64,000 nt of DNA, from the NCBI GenBank assembly GCA_964035545.1, contig OZ037767.1, positions 7,270,707 to 7,334,706 of the forward strand, in the 5' to 3' direction. Position numbers and translations under genes: made by a program. A model generated the notes under the pieces. That model had not been told where the DNA came from. It did not search any database and was given only the letters and a program-made list of their open reading frames with translations. Positions 44,613 through 56,800 of this stretch are shown here, piece by piece. This DNA is from Bugula neritina (lineage: Eukaryota > Animalia > Bryozoa). Numbering within the stretch: position 1 is the first letter of the stretch; every line of letters starts with the position of its first letter.

Positions 44613-47310
44613 TCTTATGACCAAGGCTATGTGGGAAATCACTTGATGCTGCGGAAAGTTTGGGGTCACTGAGTTCAGTAGCTGATGTGTTTACTAATTT
44701 GGCACTCGGTGACCTCAAAATTTGTGCTGCATCTAGCTGTGATAGTTGAATGTAGTAGCCTTAACAGTTATTTGTGAGTATTTACTAGCCCGGTGTGATG
44801 TCTCAAAGTTTAATCTGCCTCATATCTGTATTGTACTGTATAATATTTATAGATGTCCGTGTAGTGCGAGTCCATATCAACTATTACAACTGTCAACAGT
44901 TTTAGTAGTTAATGTTTATATTATTGTTTGGTTTTTAATTTATTTGACACGATATAGTTTTTGCTTATATGATTCTATAATATTTTAAAGCTTTTTATAA
45001 AATACCTTCAATGCTGGATTGGGCAGAGAGAGAGAAATGATTTGTCCAGTAGAAACTTTGTCAAGTCTAGGATAGTTTATTTTTAGATTCATGTTGAATG
45101 ATAGTGGTTTATTTATTGCTAATATTATACTATGAAGGTTAATCTATAATGCCCTGTATTTATATTTTTGTATAAAAACTTGAGAGTTCCTGACATGTAT
45201 TTGCAAGCCTTCTGTGTGATTGTTATCACATTTAGATCTTTGGTGTAATGAAAGATAACTCCAATACAGTACTATCTATTATTTGAGATCATTTTTATTT
45301 TTGGCTGGGGGAGAACAATAGCAGAGCTCTCCATTTAATCTAAGCATATTACTGTTGGCATCTAACATAGGCTGCAGACTGCCTATGCAAAAAAATCTGG
45401 TACACCTAAAATTTGTTGGAACTTGCGTATCGCTGAAATAAATAAATAAATATATATAGAAGGAGGGGGCCATGGCTGTGCCCATATCTCAGCCCCCATC
45501 TGCACTGGTTATATTACACCCACATTCACCTATTCTAGATCTACACTAAATACTAAAGTCTAGACGAACCACTCAAAGCTGCCAAATCCTTAGAGGAGTA
45601 AAAGGTGTAAAAATGAGAATTAAGTTGGTTAGGTGATTAAAGCTAATTGAGTTGATTTAAATGAGTAGAAAAACCTGACAGCATAGAACTTCAGTAAAAT
45701 ACAATACTTAATAGAACATCAAGTTTCCAATCAAGCTATCACCTCAATATTTAAGCTATAGCTTATTTTAAGTTCAGAGCCCACTTTTCTAATTGACTTT
45801 TTTATTTAATTATCAGCTGCTGATAGCAACTGGGGTAAAACAAGCACTTTGTATATGGTCTTATAAATCGCAATAAAATGTAGGTATAAACGTTGTATTG
45901 GGCATACTATGGTATGTTGGTGCAATTTACCGTACTTTTCAGCATTTAAAACAATTTATAAGATGGCCTGTAGCATGCGATTGTCATCCTCGTTCATACC
46001 CACTTTTCCAGTTCAGTGGTCACACCTACCAGGCAGCTAATGGTAATGCAACCTTGCCCGGTGGGTTATCCATTGAGGCGCCTAGACTAGGGTTTCCTCT
46101 TTCTTGTGCAAGCTGTTGTATGGTTCACAGGCGTGGCGACTACTATAATATTATTTACACTGAACGCGCCTCTATTCTACTATTCCAGTGACCACATTAT
46201 GATAAAAATTATAATAGCCGTCGGGTATGTTCAACTTCCTTCTTGTTTCACATAGAAGGTGAAACTGCATAGATTCGATCATTTTCAATCTCTTTAATAA
46301 ATTAATGCTGCTGAACCCGAGATGCAACCTATCAGTGTCACTATGGCTATTCTAAGTTAGATTTATTCATCTTATTTATCTTAATTTATAACTATAACTC
46401 TATAAGTATACGTATAACTTAAACTATTTTGATTATCCTTGTATCATTGACATTACTATTACTATTAGTATTACTATTAGTATTAGTAGTAATACTAATC
46501 ATTAGACTAATGATTAGTCTAATGATTAGTATTACTACTAATAGTAATAGTAATAGTAATGCCTATACTAATAGTACTGTACTAAGTAGTAGTAGTAGTA
46601 CTAGTACTACTAGCTACTACCACTAGTAGTACTACTACTACTAGTAGTAGTACTAGCACTAGTACTAGTACTAGAACTACTGGCACTAGTAGTAGTAGTA
46701 GTATTACTTTAGTATTACTTTTACTATAAGATTAAGTGTATAACTATTATAACATAAGTATACTACTTCAAGTATTTGCTTTAACTTTTATTTTTTAGTT
46801 TAATTGTTAGTCTTTTAGTTATAGAAATAATGTAAATGATTATATTTATTATGATCATCACAATTTATTAATTATAATAATATTACTATTAGTATTACTA
46901 ATGGTGATACTAATAGTAAAAGTAATCCCTGTAATGCAGAAAAACTAAAACTAAATGTAATTAGTAATAACTGATTCAGTTGCACTCAGTCTCAAGTCTC
47001 AGAGTTTATCTCATGGTTGAAATTGATGATGATGATTGTTATTATGATAGTAGTATAACTATAATCTAGAAGTAATATTAATAAACTAACTCTAATAGTA
47101 ATACTAATAGTAATACTCAGACTCACTGTGACTGTCAGTGTCTCATACTCATGATCACAATTCAATATTTCTTAAAAGTTATTGACTCATTTTAATTTAT
47201 CCTCAGTTGAATTGTTACAGCCTAAATTGCAGGAGTATGGCGTGGGATATTTTTACAAGACTTAAGTTTTATACTTGTATTTTTCCAATGCTATAGTCAT
47301 TTCCTCCATT

Positions 47311-47476
47311 TAGGAGCAGTACTGGAGAAATTGAGTTAGCCTAAGTTCTTTAATTTTATTGTTAAATTTTGGTTTGGGACTGGGTTGAAATTCTTGTGAG
47401 AACATAACTTCGTATACTACATTTCTAATCTAGAACACAGGCTTTTCTCAATTTCTCCATTACTGCGCCTACCTCT
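47311..47476 (+). mobile_element. MITE-like element (TIR GCAGTA.TGGAGAAATTGAG); inverted copy at 50590-50754
   Basis: Internal TIRs and a reverse-complement match over about 160 bp to 50590-50754. Confidence 0.75.
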
Positions 47477-47688
47477 TTTCCTCATATTCAGTACTTCCCA
47501 TTAGCTTCCAATACAAGCTTAGTTTACAATGATACCTTAGTGAATATTTAGTACTATATTGTAGCATGGACTAGCTGTTAGTTACACTATGTGGTGTTGT
47601 TCATTTATAAATAATTTTGTAGAGTTTCCAATCTTGTATGTGTGACTTCTGATGCGGTTTATAATTTCTATCTATCTACTCTAAAGTA

Positions 47689-50600
47689 ATGGTTGTTCAA
47701 AAGTTCTCTGAAACCTTCTGGGTAAGGTCTCTATATAACAGTTGTTGCTAGTAATAGATTATATAGGACTAAGTTGTTTACTATTTCTTTCTTTTTTCAG
47801 CCAAAAGTTCGAAAGATTTCATTTTAATTTAAAAATTTATTCTTTAGAGCCCCGACTTTACCTCTACAGCCGGGTTTGATGCTCTAGTCAAGAAAAATAA
47901 AGATGGTAAAACTTCTTCCAAAGAAATTGAGTATTTTATAAAGGAAAGGTAAGCATCAGGTGATATAACCTACGTGTGTATGCATATACATGCATATTAA
48001 TATTGCATTACTTTTAACCTATAAAGTTGTTAATACAATGGATGTATTGTAGTTATATATAATAGCTAGCAGGTAGCTGGTATGCTAGTAAAAATTTAAT
48101 ACAAAAAGGTTTTTGTAGAGTATTTGGCAAACAGATATGGATGTGTTATACCTTATCAGAGTACTGTATAGGATATACATGTGCTGCTCATGTTGATTCA
48201 TTTTGTGTAGGGCCAAGATTGAAGATGAATATGCCAAATCTCTGCTGAAATTGTCCAAAGCTTCACTGGGCAGCACAGAATCAGGGTAATCACTTATAAT
48301 TTTATGAAATAATTTTGACTATATTTATTTCACTTGGCTATCACTTGATTGAATCTCAAAATGTTGTAAGTTTTTTTTCACACTCTCAAAGTGTAGGTAA
48401 AACATGTGATCCCATAAAATGACTAGCAAACGAAGGATAATTTGATCTCAAATATTCAATTTGCAATTGAGTTTATATTCATTAGATTCTAAAGCAACTT
48501 GAGTATTATTTGAAAGCTAAGGTTTATTTTTCAATAGTTTCGAAAAGTAATAGTTAGCATTTCAATAGACAATCATTTTAATTTTTAAAATAATAACATT
48601 CTTTATTTTTTAAGACAAATGTGTGCAGCCATAAATCAAGGAGGTTTTTTTTTGGGAGAAACAAACAATCGAACTGAAATTATTACAGTATATTATTTAA
48701 CTTATTTAAATTTTCCGCATCAATATATTTGTTCATGTACAGTAATTACATCAAGTTTTAATTTAACTAAAAAACACAACTTTTATTGCAAGCACTCATT
48801 TTCTGAAGTTACTTCTGTCTGGTGCACTCCTTCTTGCTGTCTGGCAGGTCTCTAAAAGATGTTTTGACTGCTTTGAGAAACAATGTTGAGAAGTTGTCCT
48901 ACTTGCACCAGGATCTTAGCCAGATCCTGTTAGACCAGGTTGACCGTGTCCACGCAGAACGGGACAAGTTTTCTAGTCAGTGCAAGGTGGTCGAGGAGTC
49001 AGTTAAACGTCTCCAGGGAATGAAAAAGGACCTCCATAAGCAGACAATAGCCGTGAGAAAATAATAAAGATAACTGCTTTGGCAATTTTCTTATTTTCAA
49101 TTCAGCTCATTAGAGTAGATAATGTCATATGACATTCATTCGATAATATCACGGTGGTTCAGATATAAAACATGCATGAACTTTAAATGTGATCCTATTA
49201 CTTCATTCGAGGATTGCCAAATGAATTAAACATTCAAGAGAGAGATCTATTGGTTTATGACTTCCGCTGTCAACATGTATTGACAGTTAATCCTCCAAGG
49301 TTCTCCATGGTTTATTGGCATAAACAAATGTTATGCCAATAAACCATAGAGAACCTTTAAAATTTTGTGCAAAGCAGTAAATTTTAAAAGTTCTTAAAAT
49401 CTTAAACTGGGAAAATCTGAAGATAAAACTATATCCTGATTTATTGAAATACCTGATGAAACAACATATTTTACTTTAGAATCAGTCACTGTAGTAGCCA
49501 AATTTTTATTCCAGAGTTCAATATCGTATCAGAAAAAATCAGAGGCGTATGAGGTAAGCATTCAGGCATGCAATGCAGAAAGGGCTCAGGCACAATCCAT
49601 TGGCAACCCTCCTAAAGCTCTACGGGAACTTGAAAAGGTAAAATTATGTAAATATATGCATGTGTGAGTGTGTTTATGCGTATGTATATATACGTCTGTG
49701 CTGCTTATTTATAGCTCAAATATTTTTACACGAAATCTGTTGAAATAGCACATTTAGTGTAGAAATATTGCACATTTAGTGTAGAAATATTGAAACAATT
49801 TTATCTGCTAATTTTGCTACACGTACAGCAGAATAGACAGAAGTTGCTACTAGTCAACCAATACCAATTTGCTAGTAACTCTGTAGAAGCTGAATAATTT
49901 ACATTCTCAGCTGCTCAATAGTATGCTTACTAGTATGTATGGCCAGTAGTACGAATGCTACTGCCTAATGTGTGTACAGTGCTGATCTATTTAAGCTGTG
50001 AAATGCTAGAATCAACTAGAAGTGCTATTCAAGTACACTCTAGAGTCTAGATGATACACTTCCCTCTCCTAACTACCTATTGCTCATGTTAGTTCCTAGT
50101 AGCTTTGGATAATGCTGAGTTATCTGACAATATGTATGTATGTATGTATGTACACTTCCTTTATGTTAAAGAGTCTAGTGTGCTATGTTTACATTTACAA
50201 CACAAGCTCGCAAGTATTTTATATGTCCAGCTTGAAGCTAAATCATCAAAGTGTAAGGATGAAAAGTTCAAGGCTGATGACATCTACAAAGGGCTGGTGC
50301 GCCAGCTGGAAGTGACCAGAGCCAGCTGGGAGACGGAGATGGAGACAATGTGTGACACGTTTCAGCAGGTGGAGAACGACAGAATTCTCTTCTTCAGGAA
50401 CGAACTCTGGGCTCTAACTAACTTTGACTCCAAGACGCTGTTTGATCAAGACCAGGTAAAAGTAAACAGCACAGTATACATTCATTAAAGACAGTTTGAT
50501 TTTATTTATTTTTCTGTTAATTTTTACTCTTCATAGTTTATGTTTACAGTAATTTATATGGTATAATATTATAGTATAATACATTACCTGAGGTAGGTGC

Positions 50601-51767
50601 AGTAATAGAGAAATTGGGAAAAGCCTGTGTTCTAGATTAGAAATGTAGCATAAGAAGTTATGTTCACGTAAGAATTTCAACCTGTGCCCCTAACTAAAAT
50701 TTAATAATGAAATTAAAGAACTTGGGCTTTCTCAATCTCTCCACTACTGCTTCTAAGGAGGATTATCATTGGTATAACAAGGGAAGTTATTCCCTTTATT
50801 AACTTATGTCAAGGAAATAATATATAGATTAGTGACACTTTACGCCAAGTCTAGCAGCTGCTTTATTATCCCTTGTTGTTGGCAGGTGAATGAAGAAGCT
50901 CGGTTGGTGATAACTAAGTGTGACCCAGATAGTGACATACAAGAGTTTATATACGTTCATCAGACTGGGTCAGTTAGACCAGGTATACTCGTATTCATAT
51001 ACTTTACCTCTTCACTTCCTGTAGAGCTATGACCTTCACAACATTTGCAACACCACAATATGAAATATATCATATTTCTTTTGAATTTGTTTTCCGGCAT
51101 ACCTTCAAAAATAATTAATAGTATGTTAGTTCACGGTGTAAAATTACTGGATTTTATCATAATGCCCATAGCTATTCTTTCTTAACCTATTGAGACTATA
51201 ATGAATATCGCTAATTTATTTTTATAGATGTATTGACAAATATCCACTGTGAATCTAATTATATGTAAACTTTGTGAGATATTATTACTGAATAAGATGA
51301 AGATAGAGAAAATTACATTTTCATTCTTATTGCTATACAGCCGGAACTAAGGGGTTAGAGCACCGGTTAAGTAAACACTGAGGTCATGGGTTCATTTCTC
51401 AGTTAAAGCCATTGGTGATGTCAGAAATGACATTCAGTCATATCTGCTCCTTTACCACAATAGAGAAAAGTTCTTAATCTGCTTAAAAAAGCCTTTCCAT
51501 ACATAATATGTATGGAAAGGCTTTTTTGTTATGTATATATATAATATAATCTATTTTGTAGCCCAAATTCTATATGAAGACTTTGATGCAAAAGGTGGTC
51601 GGAGTGCTATTAGACCCACCTTACCTCATGTCCAGCGCCCTGCAGCCCCTCCACCAACTTCTGCCAGCACTTTCTTTACTGATAACGGAACACACGCTAC
51701 AGGTGGGGTAACTCCCGATGTGTTGTCAGAGTTAAATTCTGTTATCTCTTCACCCAATACAGTATAG
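47689..51767 (+). CDS. F-BAR protein of the PSTPIP1/2 (Cdc15-like) family, multi-exon, no SH3 visible
   Basis: MVVQKFSETFW|SPDFTSTAGFDAL...FIKER|AKIEDEYAKSLLKLS; WETEMETMCDTFQQVENDRILFFRNELW; DSDIQEFI...TGSVRP|AQILYEDF. Confidence 0.85.
50590..50754 (-). mobile_element. Inverted second copy of the 47311 MITE
   Basis: Reverse-complement similarity to 47311-47476. Confidence 0.75.
51340..51500 (+). mobile_element. 3'-truncated tRNA-derived SINE copy
   Basis: GGGGTTAGAG...GGTCATGGGTTCA...GCCATTGGTGATGTCAG, same family as 21316 and 24360. Confidence 0.65.
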
Positions 51768-53863
51768 CTAATAGTAGGAACTCAGTCTAGTATATAAATA
51801 AAAACCAAGTCTAGCGGCACCAGCCAGCTGTTTCCTGTTATTTGTTTTGCTACTTCCAATGTCTCCTTTTAATTCACTGAGACTATTTTAGGCCATGTTT
51901 TTTAGCTTATTTTATTGCCTACAGCTATCGCTAGGGATGATTTAGTAGGCACCTGCTAAAAATACTCCATAGATTTAGTCTAACTGCATGCACATTGTGT
52001 CTGGCTAGACCTAAACATCTTGCTATATAAGCTGGCGTTTCCTATATGCTGCTTGTGTTTTGTATACCAGTGAATGATGATGAACTGCTAGATCCCACAT
52101 ACTCATCCATAAGGTAGTTCTAACTACTACCTCTTCCATATAAAGATGGTGTGAGTAGAAGTGCTACTACTTACTAACTACTAGTTGATAGTTACTAGCT
52201 GCTAGTTACCAGCTATTAGTTAGAACTCTTAGTTACTAGTTACTAGTTACTAGTTAGAACTATTAGCTAGTAGTTAGTAGTTACAAGTTACAGCTAGTAG
52301 CTAGTAACTGCTCTGCAGTGTGATGACAATCTAGCTCTCCATCTCCCCTACACTTGCTACAGCCAAGTGCAGGATATGATATTATTATAAATACTTACTA
52401 AGTTACAAAGGATGTGTTATAACTGGGCTATTTGATTTTTAAGCTTATTCTGTATACAAAATAATTTAATGTGAAACATAGTATTAGCATTGATGTTATT
52501 TGTGTGTTTGGTTAATATTATGAATGGTAATACTGAATTTTTACTATTTACCAAAAGAAATGTTTTTTCGCCATTGTGATAAATAGTTTTGCAATCAAAC
52601 TTATTTTATAAACAGCTTTGTCAAATAAATCATAATTTAGAGAGTTATAACTAATTTTTTACTATTTAGATACCTAAGCCGTTTGTTGGCATATTTTATA
52701 TGCATTATAAAATTTTCACACAGGCTTAGCAAGAAATCCTTAGCAAGGTTATTAATAAATTATTTTGGTTTTATGCGACAAATATTTTGCAAATCTTAAC
52801 AAGATTCCGAATATTATATTATACTAGTATTATAATTATTATTTTGTATTTTTTAAATTACAAATAAACTTTAGATTCACCTTAATGTTTTTTGGGTTTT
52901 ACCATTGTTTTGTAGAACAACAATAAATAACTTCAAATTGTTTTTCTTCTAGCCTCATTTAGCCATATTTCATATTTTTTTACATTTTGTAATAAAGTTT
53001 GTGAAAACAACCCAAGTTTTAACCTTTGTTTAGTTCTAAACCCATAGTATAACTTATCATTATTCAGGATGCCTTTTAGGTTCAAATTCAATATTTTAAA
53101 AAGAATGCAAGTTGTGTACACAGAGTTATGTTTTGATGGTAGTAAAAGGTCTGTTTACTGTTGCACTGTATTTGATATAACACTGTGCAGCTAATCTATT
53201 ACTCCTTATCTTAAGGCCATGTGCAAACAGCTCAGTGTTTATGGACCCCAAGTGGTATATGCTATAGAATACAAACTGCAATAAGAATCTAATTCTTCAT
53301 CACTATCACTTTGTAGTAGTATATTTTTAGTTATTTATGATCTCACCAAGTGATATATATAGTAGCCTTCAGGTTAGGTTGGGGGGGGGGTAGAGGGTTT
53401 AGTGTATTGATATACGTGTGTATTTATCTTGGCTGTGAGGAGGCTCCAGGTCTTATCCTAATCTGTAGCGGGAGTTAAGGATATGATCTTGGTGCTGAGC
53501 ACTAGCACACCCTAAGGCACTCTCACTGAGTATTCTACACATACTTTACATATGGTACTTTTATTCACAGTTATCATGCAGTCCACACCTACACTATGCG
53601 TCTGTTATCACTGCAGCTAGATTGACTAAAATGAAGTTGTGCCCTCTATGCATATAATACCAAGCAAAGACAAATACAAGAGAGGATAACTGACAGTGAG
53701 TGAGCAGGAGTTTCCGTAGGTATAAAAAAGATGGAGCAGAGGTTTTCTATCTGAGATACTAGTGTCACCAGGAGTACTTGTACTCCTAGTGGTACTTTAG
53801 AGACATCCTTCTTCAAGTTATACTTCACTGTGTGCTATATGCTCTAGGAACATTGTTTTTATA

Positions 53864-56800
53864 ATGGTAAGTATATACATAGAAGAAGGGCTTAAAACTC
53901 AAAAAGTTTAATGCAGAAAAATACAGAGGATGAGGAAGTTGAAAAACATTGCTATATTAAGGCTTAGCTGAATGGTCTGGTGACCTATATTGCTAAAAAA
54001 GCGGTATTGGCTGTTTTATTGGTTAATTAACTGTAGTATAGTTAATTAAATGTAAAATATACAGTAATTAAATTGTCTTTTGTTGTAAATTCTCTCTTTC
54101 TAATTTAATTGTTAATCATAAGGTCTTGGCTATTGTACATTGTTTAGTATATAATTTGCAGTACTTTAACATCTGAAAACATTTATATTAACTTGAACTG
54201 GGAAGTGGATGTGTTAGTATTACAGAAGTATTTCACGATACAAACTCAAATAAACAACCACGAGACCTGATGGTACGTATAATGCATTGGTGATATTGAA
54301 GTTGTAGCTATTAAATAATTGTTAGTCGCATCAAAACCTGTTCCTACAATCTAATGCATATTATATTTTTATAGTAATACCAATATTAGTTAGTTAGAAG
54401 TTACATCCTCTATCGTTGTCCCTATATTTAGACTCACGTGATACAAGCACACTGTTTGCAGTTTTAAATCAAATTTTCATCTATTAAAGTTTCAAAACTA
54501 TCACTAAACAATAACTCAGTAAATATTATTTGAAAGATTAATTCTTATAACAACTATAACTCACTATAAGCACACCTAGTTGCTGCGTATAGTATATTGT
54601 CTATTTAACATCTGATTAGGATGCTATAAACTGCCCACACTTTATCCTGTTTTAGGCTGGAAGGGGTATAAAAAGAGGTATCATTACGCTGCACCTTGGA
54701 CAATGTGGTGTGCAGATTGGTGATGCATTATGGGAACTATTTTGTCTAGAACATGACGTTTGCTATAACGGAAAGCTCAAACAGAAAAACAAAAACAATT
54801 TTGATTTAAGCTCCAATGAAATTTTATTCGAAGAATGCTCGAATGGCAAGTTTGTGCCTAGAGGTGTTCTGTTCGACACTGAGCCATCAGCAATGGGTTA
54901 GTATAATAAACAGAAAATAGATTATGTTTAATTTTACAGTATTGTGAGGTTATCTTATACATGCAGGTCTTCTATGTTATGTTGATAATACAAAGCTTTA
55001 ATATGCTTGCCTGCTTACACTAAATTATATTATTATGCTACATGTGTACCTTATTAAACTAGTAGGAGTAGATGATAGTGCAGACACCAGTCTTATAAAA
55101 ATAGTATTAAGTTAAAACATAAATTACCATTTCAAGGTCTTTAGCGTTCATGTTTATTACTTAATATTTTTGTTAGCTTTCATTTTTCATTTTCCTGATA
55201 TGAATAGCATTGTTGTGATAGTATCACCTAATTCACCGCTCTTTAAATAATTTGCAGCCACACATAACAAACTGACCAATAATCAAAAACAATAAACGAT
55301 AATATTTTATAGCAATAGCAATATGAAAATATGCACAATAAAAAGGAAAACATTTCTAATACATCTAAACTATCACTAAAATGTTAAATGGTAGATGTAA
55401 TAAGAACTGGGAGAAAGAGAAATCTATTCCGGCCAGACTGTATGATATCTGGTAAAGAAGATTCTGGAAATGTATTTGCTAGAGGGTACTATACTCTAGG
55501 TGAAAGCATGAAGGACTTGGTACTGGATAGGATCCGCAAAGTGGTGGGTTGCTTGCAGCTCTGTAACACTACATATTACTTACTAAATAGTATAATACAT
55601 GCTATATAATGTAATAGATATTATATAATACTTAACATTACTTACAAATAGCATAATGCATGTTATATAATGTAATCTATATTATATAATACTAATTAAT
55701 ATAATACATGTTATACAATATCTATAATATAACATACTAATAACTACATAGTATTCAATAACTTATGATCTACTACTATTTACAGTTCAACAATTTGGGC
55801 CTTTATAGATATTTTGCAAAGCCTTGTAACAAATAGAAAAATTATAGGCAGCATTTTCAGTCAATTGCCCAAAACAACTATATACAATTTAAGCAAGAGT
55901 TGAGACTTTTCAACGCACAATAAATATGCTTATGTGTTAACCTGTCACGGTTAGAACAGGTAATAATGCTTGTATTATCTGATTATACCAAGAAGTACTA
56001 AATAGTCAAAAGTATACTTGATATAACTTCATATGCTCATGAAAAGTGCTGTGTAACATTAACCGTTCTGTATTAAATCAAATTCCTTATCAAAATTTTT
56101 TTGTTTACAATCAGAAGATCTGAAATATAATCTGCTTTCTAAATATAGCAAATATATCATACAATCTGAGTTATGGTTGTAAAAATGTATAAAAGCAACA
56201 AAATCAACAAACTGCAGATATTTGTTCTACTTATAATATATCAATTGTGCAGACTGAAGGTTGCAATGGAGTCCAGGGATTCTGTATATTCAGGTCATAC
56301 GGTGGAGGAACAGGATCTGGGTTCGGGTCGGTACTGATGAGCTCCCTAAGAGATGATTATCCTAAGCTAACTCAGGTAAACATTGGTCTATAATTAGAAA
56401 AGTTATACGTCATGGATTTGCTATATGATACAATGCATAAATTGTAAGCACCTCCATCTCTATGAAAAATTGAATTAGAAGGAAAAAAGATGCGTCAAAG
56501 TAATTTTACTTTCTGTTTATTATCTTGAAACCAGCAGTTTAAAAACACAACATTAACTATGCCAATATAATATTTTCTACACAAATTATATGTGTGTATA
56601 AGCATGATGAATCTTACTTCCATAATTAATTTCTGAAAACATTAAATAAGAAAGAAAAAAATGTGCCGTAATAGTCTTACTATCTTGATTTAGTAACATG
56701 AGTTTGTAGCCTCAGTACCTGGCTATAGTAACATGAGTTTGTAGCTTCAGTATCTGACTATAGTAACATGAGTGTGTAGCCTCAGTACCTGACTATAGTA

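Noticed and set aside
51485-51527. Rho-independent terminator-like hairpin with T run
   Set aside because: Eukaryotic intron; better explained as a fold-back scar.
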